From contig CBDBDQ010000005.1 of NCBI GenBank assembly GCA_965203905.1, positions 1,888,001-1,952,000 on the forward strand: a DNA stretch of 64,000 nucleotides, in the 5' to 3' direction. Both the position numbers and the translations under genes were made by a program. The notes under the pieces were generated by a model, which was not told where the DNA came from, did not search any database, and saw only the letters and a list, made by a program, of their open reading frames with translations. The DNA comes from Spirochaetia bacterium (GTDB lineage Bacteria; Spirochaetota; Spirochaetia; SZUA-6; Bin103). Positions 42,902-51,664 of the stretch are shown one piece after another; within the stretch, counting starts at the first letter, position 1, and the number at the start of each line of letters is the position of its first letter.

Positions 42902-43372
42902 GTGAAGGTTGGAGTACCGATCATCGTGATCGCCATGGTGGCGATCCTCGTCATGGGTTGCGCCGGCAGCGAGATCGCGCCGGCAACGTCCGACGCGCCG
43001 GCGCCGGGGAACGGCGACCCGCTGGCAGCGCTGTACGCGGCACCGCCGGCCGGCGCCGCCTTCATCACCGTCGCCGACGTGGACAGCGTGGGACCGGACG
43101 CCCTGTCGTTCGATCCCTTCTACCACTACGGCTACGCCGCCGAGCTGGTGGTGCCGTCCGTTCCCTGGGGCGCGCCGTTCGAGGACCTGAGCCTGGATCT
43201 GGCGGCTTCGGACGCCGTGGCGCTGCCGGTGCACGTCGACATCGACGCCCACTTCACCGCGGCCATCGCCGCCGCCGCAGTCGACGCTCAGCCGGTGGTG
43301 TGGGAGCGCGGTCCGGAGACGCAGCAGCCGCTCCCGGAGGGTTGGGAAAGCCCGCCGCTGGACGCGAAGTAG
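42902..43372 (+). CDS. Putative lipoprotein
   Basis: AGGAG RBS, GTG start, lipobox ILVMGC. Confidence 0.65.
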   Translation: MKVGVPIIVIAMVAILVMGCAGSEIAPATSDAPAPGNGDPLAALYAAPPAGAAFITVADVDSVGPDALSFDPFYHYGYAAELVVPSVPWGAPFEDLSLDLAASDAVALPVHVDIDAHFTAAIAAAAVDAQPVVWERGPETQQPLPEGWESPPLDAK

Positions 43373-43521
43373 CCGGTGGCCGAGTTGTTCCTTGGGGCGG
43401 CAGTCATCGCGGCTGCCGCCCTTCTGGTGTGGGTGGCCGTACGCATCGTGGTGCGGCTGTTCACGCGCCCGGGTGGCGATGGGCCATGACCGGGACCGCT
43501 CTGGCCGGCAGGAGGCGGCGC

Positions 43522-43821
43522 ATGCTGATAGATCTGATCTGGACGGCGCCGCCGGCACTGCTGGTGGTCGCCACGGCCGCCTACGCTGCCGGCTTGATGT
43601 GGGCGCTGGCCTGGGACGTCGAGCGCCTGCGCTGGCGCGAGTTCGACGGCTGGCGCACGATCCTGCGCGATCGCGTCGCCCGGGGCGCGGCGCCGGCCCC
43701 GCCCATCCTGGGCTGCAGCTACTTCGCGCGGCTGCGCTGGCACCGCACCTACGGCTGCGGCTGGCGCCGTGTGCAGCGCGCCCGCATCGCAGCCCGGCGC
43801 TGGGACCGCTCGTTCCGGTAG
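43522..43821 (+). CDS. Small membrane protein
   Basis: AGGAGG RBS; one transmembrane helix. Confidence 0.5.
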   Translation: MLIDLIWTAPPALLVVATAAYAAGLMWALAWDVERLRWREFDGWRTILRDRVARGAAPAPPILGCSYFARLRWHRTYGCGWRRVQRARIAARRWDRSFR

Positions 43822-43841
43822 CAGGCGGTCCTACCCCCCTT

Positions 43842-43916
43842 GGCGAGAGGTTTTCCAACACCCGGAGGAGAAGCGGGTCATGACCCGCCGGCAGGTTCGA
43901 GCCCTGCCCTCTCGCC
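43842..43916 (+). ncRNA. tRNA-like module 4 (non-canonical cloverleaf)
   Basis: GGCGAGAG/CTCTCGCC; TTTTCC/GGAGAA arm; GCGGG-TCATGA-CCCGC arm; GGCAGG-TTCGAGC-CCTGCC T-arm. Confidence 0.7.
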
Positions 43917-43970
43917 CTACCGGCACCCGGACCGGGAGCCGAAATACACTACCAGGAGGAACAGTGCCAC

Positions 43971-45080
43971 ATGAGCACCCCCGACAGACCCCAACTGCCC
44001 GCCGCGGCCGCGGTGTGCGCCGACCCGCCGGCGACGGTGCCCACCCTCACCGAGCCGGGACCGCTCGACCGCAACCCCGCCGCCGTGTACCTCGCCGCCA
44101 AGGCGTCCGCGGTCGGGCGCCGCGGCCTGCAGCGTGCGCTCAACCGCGCCGCCAAGATCCTGACCAGCGGTATCACCAAGGATGCCCTGAGGGTGGAATG
44201 GACCGAGCTCCGCTACCCGCACGTGGCGGCGCTGCGTGCCTTGCTCATCGACCAGGGCGCCGCGCCCGCCACGATCAACCACCTGCTGTCCGCCGTCCGC
44301 GGCACGGTCAGGGAGGCGTTCAACCTCGGCCTGGTCGACGCCGACACCATGCTGCGAATCGGCAACGTCAAGAGCGTGACCGCGAGCACCCTGCCGGCGG
44401 GCCGCCACGTCGACGTCGGCGACATACGCCGCCTGTTCGACACCTGCAGCGAAGGCGACACCCCGGTGGGCGCCCGCGACGCGGCCATGCTCGCCCTGCT
44501 GTACGGGTGCGGGCTGCGGCGCAGCGAGGTCGTGGCGCTGGATCTCACCGACTACGACGCCGGCGCGGTCACGGTGCGCTCAGGTAAGGGACGGAAGGAT
44601 CGCATCGTCTATCCCCCGACGGGTGGTCGCGCCGCGATCGACGCTTGGCTGGCACGCCGCGGCTTCTGGCCGGGCGCGCTGCTGGCGCCCGTGGCCAAGG
44701 GCGGCAAGATCCAGCATCGCGGCATGAGCGCCCAGGCCGTGATGCTGCGCCTGCGCCACCTGGCCAAGGCGGCCGGCATCAAACCGTTCTCGCCGCACGA
44801 CCTGCGGCGCAGCTTCGTCGGCGAGCTGCTCGACAAGGGCGCCGACATCAGCGCCGTGCAGCAGCTCGCGGGGCACTCCAACGTCTCGACCACGCAGCGC
44901 TACGACCGCCGCCCCGAGGAAGCCAAGCGGCGCGCGGCCGAGCTGCTGCACGTGCCGTACAGCGGTCCGCCGCCGATGCTGCCGGGCAAGCCCGCGGAAT
45001 CGCGGGACGATCCCCCACCCGCCGTTGAGGCCTCGCCGCCCGGGCGCGCCGATCCGCCGCCTGCAGGCGCACCTGGTTGA
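43971..45080 (+). CDS. Tyrosine recombinase/integrase, intact
   Basis: GLRRSE, GKGRKDR, HDLRR, LAGH, TTQRY: full R-K-H-R-H-Y set. Confidence 0.95.
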   Translation: MSTPDRPQLPAAAAVCADPPATVPTLTEPGPLDRNPAAVYLAAKASAVGRRGLQRALNRAAKILTSGITKDALRVEWTELRYPHVAALRALLIDQGAAPATINHLLSAVRGTVREAFNLGLVDADTMLRIGNVKSVTASTLPAGRHVDVGDIRRLFDTCSEGDTPVGARDAAMLALLYGCGLRRSEVVALDLTDYDAGAVTVRSGKGRKDRIVYPPTGGRAAIDAWLARRGFWPGALLAPVAKGGKIQHRGMSAQAVMLRLRHLAKAAGIKPFSPHDLRRSFVGELLDKGADISAVQQLAGHSNVSTTQRYDRRPEEAKRRAAELLHVPYSGPPPMLPGKPAESRDDPPPAVEASPPGRADPPPAGAPG

Positions 45081-45331
45081 CCTACGGTGGGAGATACACC
45101 CGCCGGCAGCGGGTCGGCCTCCCACCGAAACGGAGCGTCTGGAGCGGCAGCGTTGCCGCGAGCTCGGCGCATCGAGGGCCTCGCCGCGGCGGATCCGGAG
45201 CTGCGGACGTGGGAGCCGTACCCGTGAATCGAGGGGCGTGTCTCCCACCTTGGCACCTTCCCCCGCTACTTGCCGTGCCCCGGCGCACCGCGTAGGCTTG
45301 TGCCTGGGGTAACACCCCTCCGTAACTGCCG

Positions 45332-45368
45332 CCTTCCCCTGCCGAGTGTCGGGGGGAGGCGGCTTTTT
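45332..45368 (+). terminator. Rho-independent terminator-like hairpin
   Basis: GCCGCCTTCCCC...GGGGGGAGGCGGC followed by TTTTT. Confidence 0.6.
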
Positions 45369-45382
45369 GCGTCTAAGGAACG

Positions 45383-45580
45383 ATGCCTGACCTGAACGAC
45401 TGGCGCTTGAACGGCCGGCGCCGACTCGAAGGCCGCCGGCGCACTCCGCCGTGGGTGGGGGTGCTGGTGCTGGCGATGGTGATGTACCTCGCCAGCATCG
45501 CCCTCACCTTCACGGTCGCGTTCTTCCTCGACCAGCGCATCGTCGCCATCGAGCAGCTCCTGGACATCAGGGAGAAGTAG
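45383..45580 (+). CDS. Small single-TM protein
   Basis: Basic N-terminus and hydrophobic helix. Confidence 0.5.
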   Translation: MPDLNDWRLNGRRRLEGRRRTPPWVGVLVLAMVMYLASIALTFTVAFFLDQRIVAIEQLLDIREK

Positions 45581-45626
45581 GGGAGGTCCCAGCGGGCTGG
45601 GCGGTCCCACTGGGAAGGCGTGTACC

Positions 45627-45975
45627 CCCTCTCTGTCAAACCGTGCAAAGTCTACAAGGGCTGCGCGCGAAAAGGCCAATCCCTGCCTCTCTACGCACTC
45701 CTTTTGGCCATTTCGCCTTGTGGACTTTGGCTGCCGGTCCACAAGCGGTACACAAGGGGTCCCGCAAGCGCGGCCGCCGCCAGCGGGTTCGGCCATCCAC
45801 AGGCGTCAGCACGTAGGTCGCCCTCTCTCTCAACTGTGCAGACTTGACAAGGGGTGCGCGCGAAAATGCCAATCCCTGCCTCTCTACGCACTCCTTTTGG
45901 CAGTTTCGCCTTGTCAAGTTTTGCTGGGCTTGACAAGCGGTAGACAAGGGGTTTCGAGGGACCCGGCAAGCGCGG
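45627..45975. repeat. Two imperfect direct repeats of about 150 bp (period about 193 bp)
   Basis: Identical core GCCAATCCCTGCCTCTCTACGCACTCCTTTTGGC at 45675 and 45868. Confidence 0.92.
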
Positions 45976-46481
45976 GGCCGGTGGGGAACCGCGGGGCCGG
46001 CCTTCGCTGCCTTGCCGCGCCGCCAAGCCCACCGGTACGCTGTCAATAGGGACCGCCCCCGCGGAATCCCTCCCAAGCTGGCCGCCGTCTCCTTGAGAGC
46101 CCAGGAAACGGCGGCTTTCTTTGTGCCCAGTCGCTCAGGCGCTTCAGGAGCGCTCGCAGGCGCCGGATGGTGGGCATGTACCACCTCGGCGCGGCGAGCG
46201 TGCTGTGGCCACAGGAGCGGGCACTCCGCTGGAAATTAAGAGACGGGCGCCCGGTGTCGTTTCCAAGACTCAACGGGCACCCGCGACCAGAGCCCCGGCA
46301 GGTGTCGAGATACCGACGGGAAGCGCTGATCCGTCACTTAATGTACCGCAAGCGCCGCGGCGCGTCACCTGTCCCGAGCGGCACCAGCTTCACCCCCGTG
46401 TTCCGCCACGCGGCCAGTGCTCCCACACGCTGAGACCGCCGACGAGGACGCCGAGCATCCCGCCCCGCCAGCGTGCCGCCA

Positions 46482-46721
46482 TCACGACGCGGCAAGCACC
46501 TGGCCGACGCCAGCCCGTAACGCTTCGTTCACTTGATCCCAGGTCAAAGCGTAGGGGCTGATCGGACCAGGGGCGTGCAGCAACTCGCCGGTGCGAGCGT
46601 CATGCAGAGCCCAACAGCCGTAGTCCGCGGCCCCCGGATCACGCGTGCGGGACGCAACCAAGCGGATGCCGCGTCGGTAGGCCATGGCGCGCACGCGTAC
46701 GACTTCACTTCTATCGATCAT
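46482..46721 (-). CDS. Small hypothetical protein divergent from VapE
   Basis: RVRAMAYRRGIRLVASRTRDP..DYG. Confidence 0.6.
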   Translation of the reverse strand: MIDRSEVVRVRAMAYRRGIRLVASRTRDPGAADYGCWALHDARTGELLHAPGPISPYALTWDQVNEALRAGVGQVLAAS

Positions 46722-47015
46722 GGGTTTCTAATCTTACGCCAGCCGGCGGGTCATGTGCAATAAGCTGATCGTAGACACGCCCGAGGTGTTGCCGTTATGT
46801 TATCCAAAATTTGGTCACGAAACGTTGTTCGTGACACAGGGAGGGTAAGACTCGGCAACCCGCACCGATAGCACGACGTATCGTGCTGGTGATCTATCCC
46901 CCAGATCCTGGAAGCGGGCAATCTGAGCCAAGCCTGCTATATGCGCTTAGTAGCAGGGGAGTCTAACTAGCCTCTTGTTGGCGCTGCCGCAACACCTCCC
47001 TTTCTCAGAATCAGT

Positions 47016-48380
47016 TTGGGGAAGGGGAAGTTTGTGCGTAGACCACTACGAGAATCCAATGAACGCGGTGCCACCCGCGGCAACGGCCAGCAGAACGGTG
47101 CCGCGCTAGCGACACGGAAACGAGTTCGCAAGGACAGGAGTGATAAACCTGTCATCCCGGCCAGTGCCCGCGGGTTCAGCGACTCGTTAGAATTGGTGAA
47201 TGCTGACATCCGATACAATGTCCGCGCTGCAAAGTACGAAATCTGCCTGAATTTTTTTGACGATCCATCCGGCTGGGAGGAAGCAAACTCGCGTCGCTGG
47301 GCCTACCTGTTCGAACAGGTAGCGGAGCGCTGCGATTTCGCGACCGCCAGTAGTATAAAACCGGCGCGGTTTTCCAGGGAGCTACGCAAGCAGGTAATCG
47401 ATGCGTACGGCTTCGCACACGAGGTCGATCCATTCAAGAGCTGGCTGTTAAGCCTTCCTCCGTGGGACGGGGTTAAACGCCTGGACACTTTGCTTGACCT
47501 CGTTTTCGAGGTCCGCGCCGGTCAAGATCCGGACCTGGTTAAGTGGATCTCAGGTGTCGTGCCCACCACCGCTGTTTGGCGCTGCATGGAGCCAGGCTAC
47601 CAGCAGGACGTTGTGCCGGTGCTGATCGGGGGGCAAGGCATAGGCAAGTCCACTTATCTGCGTGCGCTGCTGCCCGACGATCGGGACGAGTGGTTCGGCG
47701 ACGGGCTGTCGCTCATCTCGGATGACAAGGCGCGGGTGGAAGCGACGTTGGGCAGGGTCATCGTCGAAATGTCGGAGATGGCCGGTTCCACCAGAGCGGA
47801 CCGGGAGCAAATGAAAGCTTATATCTCGCGTCGCAATGATAGCGGCGTCCGGTTGGCCTATCGACGCGATCCCGAGGACATGCCACGCCGCTTTGCACTG
47901 GCCGCGACCAGCAACGACCGGTCATGCCTGCCTGCCGATCCCACCGGCCTGCGTCGCTTCGCGCCGGTGGAGCTGGACGCCAAGATCGCCGGCTGCGGCG
48001 GCGAGCGCCAGCCGGCGATCTTCGTCCGCGAACGGATCGCGACCAGCCGCTCTCAACTATGGGCGGAAGCTCTGGCACGCTACAACGCCGATATCCCACC
48101 GGCCATGCCCCTCAAGCTGGAAATGGGTGCCGCCGCCGAACAGGCCGAACAGTACCGCAACGCCGATGAGGTCCTGGAGGAAAAGCTCCGCGACTGGTTG
48201 TGGGTTCAGAGTGATCCGTTTCGGCTGAAGGATGCCATGGAAGCCGCTGGTTACCGCTCGGAAGCGCCGCCTACCTCCGCCGAGGGAAAACGCGTCGCAG
48301 GCGCCCTGATTCAGCTCGGCTGCACGAGAACGAAGATCCGCGATGCGAGACTGTGGCGGCCACCGTCAGACCTGAGTTGA
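47016..48380 (+). CDS. VapE/VirE-family P-loop ATPase (phage/satellite helicase); start uncertain
   Basis: LPPWDGVKRL, LIGGQGIGKST, VEMSEM, RLAYRR, ATSN..DPTGLRRF, QLWAEA. Confidence 0.92.
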   Translation: MGKGKFVRRPLRESNERGATRGNGQQNGAALATRKRVRKDRSDKPVIPASARGFSDSLELVNADIRYNVRAAKYEICLNFFDDPSGWEEANSRRWAYLFEQVAERCDFATASSIKPARFSRELRKQVIDAYGFAHEVDPFKSWLLSLPPWDGVKRLDTLLDLVFEVRAGQDPDLVKWISGVVPTTAVWRCMEPGYQQDVVPVLIGGQGIGKSTYLRALLPDDRDEWFGDGLSLISDDKARVEATLGRVIVEMSEMAGSTRADREQMKAYISRRNDSGVRLAYRRDPEDMPRRFALAATSNDRSCLPADPTGLRRFAPVELDAKIAGCGGERQPAIFVRERIATSRSQLWAEALARYNADIPPAMPLKLEMGAAAEQAEQYRNADEVLEEKLRDWLWVQSDPFRLKDAMEAAGYRSEAPPTSAEGKRVAGALIQLGCTRTKIRDARLWRPPSDLS

Positions 48381-48410
48381 CAAAGGGTTGGTGAAGGAGT
48401 CCCCGGTCCG

Positions 48411-48608
48411 TAGACACTTCGGACACTTCAACGCTATTCGTTTTGTTTTTTTCTCCTCTCATCAGGAAACGTGTTCTACGCACTTCTTTTGCTCTGTCGT
48501 TATCCATCGCCGTAAAGGAAGTGTCCGAAGTGTCCATAGTGTCTTAGTGGTTCGGTGACAAGGATTTAACCGTGGACACTTGCGGAATTGAAGCGTCCCG
48601 AAGTGTCC
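48411..48608. promoter_or_regulatory. Putative iteron replication origin
   Basis: Eight GGACACTTC/GAAGTGTCC-like 9-mers in both orientations around a T-rich core. Confidence 0.7.
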
Positions 48609-48671
48609 GGCGAGAGCGGAGCAAGGCCGGCGAGAGCGGAGCAAGGGTCCCCGTGGTATCGTCTCCCGAGA

Positions 48672-49289
48672 ATGAAGCGCTGCTACGCTTGTTTACACCC
48701 GCAACGCGCCGCCATCGACGCCGATCTGCTCCAGGGCATCTCCTACCGGACGGTCGCCGCGCGCTACGACATCAGCGCGGCCGCCCTCCATCGCCATCGA
48801 AGCAAGCACCTGTTCCTGCCCACTGTGGGCGACCTGCGGGGTCCAGCGACCGGGACCATGCAGTACGTCCCCGACTGGTTGCGCTGGGACGGTAGGAAGT
48901 GGCAGCCCTGCGACCCGCCCGACCCCAAAGATGTGATCGAGGTGAGCGGTCGGCCTGTAAGACCCAGCGAGTTCAAGAAGGAGGGCCGCGTGGTGGGCAC
49001 CTACACTCGCAAGACCTATCGGCTGCGCAGGTCAAAGCTCCGCTCCACAGAGCACGCCGTGGGCGACCTGCTGGGGCCGGCTGCCGGGACCACCCTCAAA
49101 CACTGGTTGCGCTGGGACGGCAATGAGTGGCAGCGCTGCGACCCGCCCAACCTCGAAGATGTGATTGAGATGCACGGTCGGCCCGAGCACAAAGGCAACA
49201 TCGTGGACCCCAAGGACCGCAGCCGCGTGCTGGGCACCTACATCCGCAAGACCTATCGGCCGCGCAGATCACGGCGCCAATCCTCGTAG
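48672..49289 (+). CDS. HTH protein (CxxCxHP type) with a duplicated C-terminal domain
   Basis: CYACLHPQRAAIDADLLQGISYRTVAARY; two VGDL.GP..WLRWDG..WQ.CDPP..GTY.RKTYR units. Confidence 0.7.
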   Translation: MKRCYACLHPQRAAIDADLLQGISYRTVAARYDISAAALHRHRSKHLFLPTVGDLRGPATGTMQYVPDWLRWDGRKWQPCDPPDPKDVIEVSGRPVRPSEFKKEGRVVGTYTRKTYRLRRSKLRSTEHAVGDLLGPAAGTTLKHWLRWDGNEWQRCDPPNLEDVIEMHGRPEHKGNIVDPKDRSRVLGTYIRKTYRPRRSRRQSS

Positions 49290-49950
49290 ACCCGCTCCAG
49301 CTCCCACCGCCGTCGTCCTCGCGTGTACGCGTACGCGCACCGGATGCGCACGTCCCCCCGCAATTCACGTGGAAAACGTTACTAAAGGGAACAACCAGCC
49401 CCCTATATGAAACTAAAACCAACCCGGTAGACCGCCTCCAATCCACGAATCGACCCTCTCTTTCCTCCACTGAACAACTTGGAATCGAAACACTTAGGGG
49501 GCACCTGGTTCATATCCTACCCCTCTGGCCGAGTGATCCAATCTCCGGGTGCATTTTTGGAAAGCGTTACCGGTACAACATCAAGGTGAACGTTATTGAA
49601 CCTTGTAGACGGCGACATATCGCCCTTATCCGAGGGGTCTGGCAAGGGAGTAACACCACTGAACAGTCGCTTATCGAGACGGATAGAGTGATATGACGGC
49701 ATCTGGAGCGCACCTCGACCGCGGTCGGCTCCCGGTGGTGCAAAGTACGCATTTTCGGCCAAGTTTCAGGAAGTTCGAACGAATCACGGGGGCAGACCCC
49801 TTGTCCCCGAATCGGTACGAATACACGGCCCCAGGGTCCATCTCTCATCGTGGCTGTGCCAAAAGCCCCTTCCGCCCTGAGGCGGGGGAACCGTGGCGGT
49901 GGCGGGGCCTGCGGCCCTGAGCTGCGGCGTGCGGCTCTGGCTGCCGGGGC

Positions 49951-50379
49951 TCAGGTAGGCGGCGTAGTCCTGGCGGGGCTCGTTCTTCTCCACACGTTAG
50001 GGTTGCCGGGGACGGGTTCGAAGCCCTTGTGTTGCGCCCGGAGCCTCTCCATCTCCTTGGCCTCTCTCTCCTGCCGCGCGATCTGGAACGCTTCCTCCAC
50101 CGCCCGCCGGCGCGGTTCGGCGACGGCTTGAATGCTGTCAGCGAACGCTCGCTCCGCCAGCTCCGCGTAGCCGTCCGGGTGCTGGGTTCGGTACCAGTGG
50201 GCCAGACGATATGCCTGCTTTGTGCGGTTCTTGGGGTTGGCCGTGGAATGCGGATGGGTGCGCTGATAGCAGGTCTCCCACGGGATCCTGTGGCGTAGAT
50301 GGAGGTAGATCATCTCCTCGGCCGCCAGCTTGCGATTCAGGACGGCGGGGGTCTCTCCTGCAGGTCGGCGCGGCGGCAT
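49951..50379 (-). CDS. Hypothetical protein, paralogue set A
   Basis: MP.R...RKLAAEEMIYLH...CYQRTHPHSTA. Confidence 0.65.
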   Translation of the reverse strand: MPPRRPAGETPAVLNRKLAAEEMIYLHLRHRIPWETCYQRTHPHSTANPKNRTKQAYRLAHWYRTQHPDGYAELAERAFADSIQAVAEPRRRAVEEAFQIARQEREAKEMERLRAQHKGFEPVPGNPNVWRRTSPARTTPPT

Positions 50380-50507
50380 GGACGTGCTACTGACCAGATC
50401 GCGGCGGCACCGGCCGTGTCCGACGAGCCCGCCATCGTTCGAGCTGCCGTGGCCGCGGCATCACGGCCCACCAGCAGCCCGCCCAGGCGCCGCCGGCGCG
50501 GCCAGGG

Positions 50508-50843
50508 TCAGCGTGCGGCCGAGGGGTGGCGCCGCCCTGCTGCGGGGCCAGTCGTGGGAGGTGCAGCGAAGGAATCCTCGATGCCAAGTCGTTTGCGAGT
50601 TTGCTTGCGCGCTCTCCGCAGCCGCCTCTCGAATTCCTTGGGGTACCGTCGGCAGAACCATGAGATCTCTCGTCGAGCCAGAACTTCCGCGCTCTTGGGC
50701 TTGGCCGTGGCCTTCGGGTTGACCCGCTTCCAGCATTCATCCAGGGGGATGCCCTTGGCGAAGTGCAACTCGATGATTTCCTCGGCTCGCACCTTCCGCT
50801 CCTTATCTCTCGGCGTATCAACTGGTGCTTTTCGGCGTGGCAT
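50508..50843 (-). CDS. Hypothetical protein, paralogue set A
   Basis: MP.R...RKVRAEEIIELH...CWKRVNPKATA. Confidence 0.65.
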   Translation of the reverse strand: MPRRKAPVDTPRDKERKVRAEEIIELHFAKGIPLDECWKRVNPKATAKPKSAEVLARREISWFCRRYPKEFERRLRRARKQTRKRLGIEDSFAAPPTTGPAAGRRHPSAAR

Positions 50844-50845
50844 TA

Positions 50846-51664
50846 TCAGGGGCGAGGATAGGGTTCCAATAGATGATCGTCAATGCCGGGAATGAAGGTA
50901 CGGTCCCCGAAGCTCTGCCGCCGGATAATGGCCTGCTGCACTTGCAGATCGATTCCCAACTTCGCGTACATTTTCTTCGCAGCCTCTCGCTTCCTTCTTA
51001 TCTCCGCAGCTTTTTCCATCTCTTCCTCTTCGACTCTCATCCTCTCTGCTTCAGCGACCTTCCTCTTTGCCTCAGCGACCTGAGCATGGTATCGCCCACG
51101 GCGCTTCTCCTGACGATCCTCCTGGTTATTCTGATAGTTATTCCGGTTGTCCCCCTGGCGCTTCAGCCGCGAGTGCTCAGCGCGGCAGTCCTCGCAGCGT
51201 GGCGATCGCGTGGTAATCACCTTCGCGCACGCCCTGTCGGCGACGCCTCTGCATTCCTTCGGCCGGTACTTCTGCAGTGCCGGCGCCGCATCGCTCTCTG
51301 CCTTTCTCTCCGCTTCTGGAGCGGGTTCCTGTTCCTGGTCGCTGGTGGCACTTGGAGTTCCGGCCAGTGCGCTGAGTAAAAGGTCTTCACCACCTGGGCC
51401 GAGTATCGCTCTTGTGTCGCGAAGCCACCTGAGTTCCCGGCGGTACAGTTGCGCAGCACTATCGTCATTCGCCGTGCTGTCGGGGTTAGCGAGTCGCCAA
51501 GCCGCGGCTGGCCCCATGGCTATGCGCGAAAGTGCCATCTTTTCGGTGCGGCGCATACGTGCCAGCGTCCTCACTATTACGGTTGCTTCCCCTATCAAGG
51601 TTATACCCGATCCTGTCCCTAAGTACTCTACTTCCCAGGCTTGATGCTGGCAACCTCCAGGCAC
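50846..51664 (-). CDS. Hypothetical protein, paralogue set A, with Zn-binding Cys motif and coiled coil
   Basis: AWRLANPDSTA..LYRRELRW; C..C..CEDC; charged helix. Confidence 0.6.
   Translation of the reverse strand: MPGGCQHQAWEVEYLGTGSGITLIGEATVIVRTLARMRRTEKMALSRIAMGPAAAWRLANPDSTANDDSAAQLYRRELRWLRDTRAILGPGGEDLLLSALAGTPSATSDQEQEPAPEAERKAESDAAPALQKYRPKECRGVADRACAKVITTRSPRCEDCRAEHSRLKRQGDNRNNYQNNQEDRQEKRRGRYHAQVAEAKRKVAEAERMRVEEEEMEKAAEIRRKREAAKKMYAKLGIDLQVQQAIIRRQSFGDRTFIPGIDDHLLEPYPRP

Noticed and set aside
43842-43916. Canonical tRNA-Met gene
   Set aside because: 6-nt anticodon loop, over-long acceptor stem and missing D-loop consensus; kept as tRNA-like ncRNA
50014-50026. GGGTTCGAAGCCC T-arm-like sequence
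   Set aside because: Lies inside a minus-strand ORF with only a 3-bp stem
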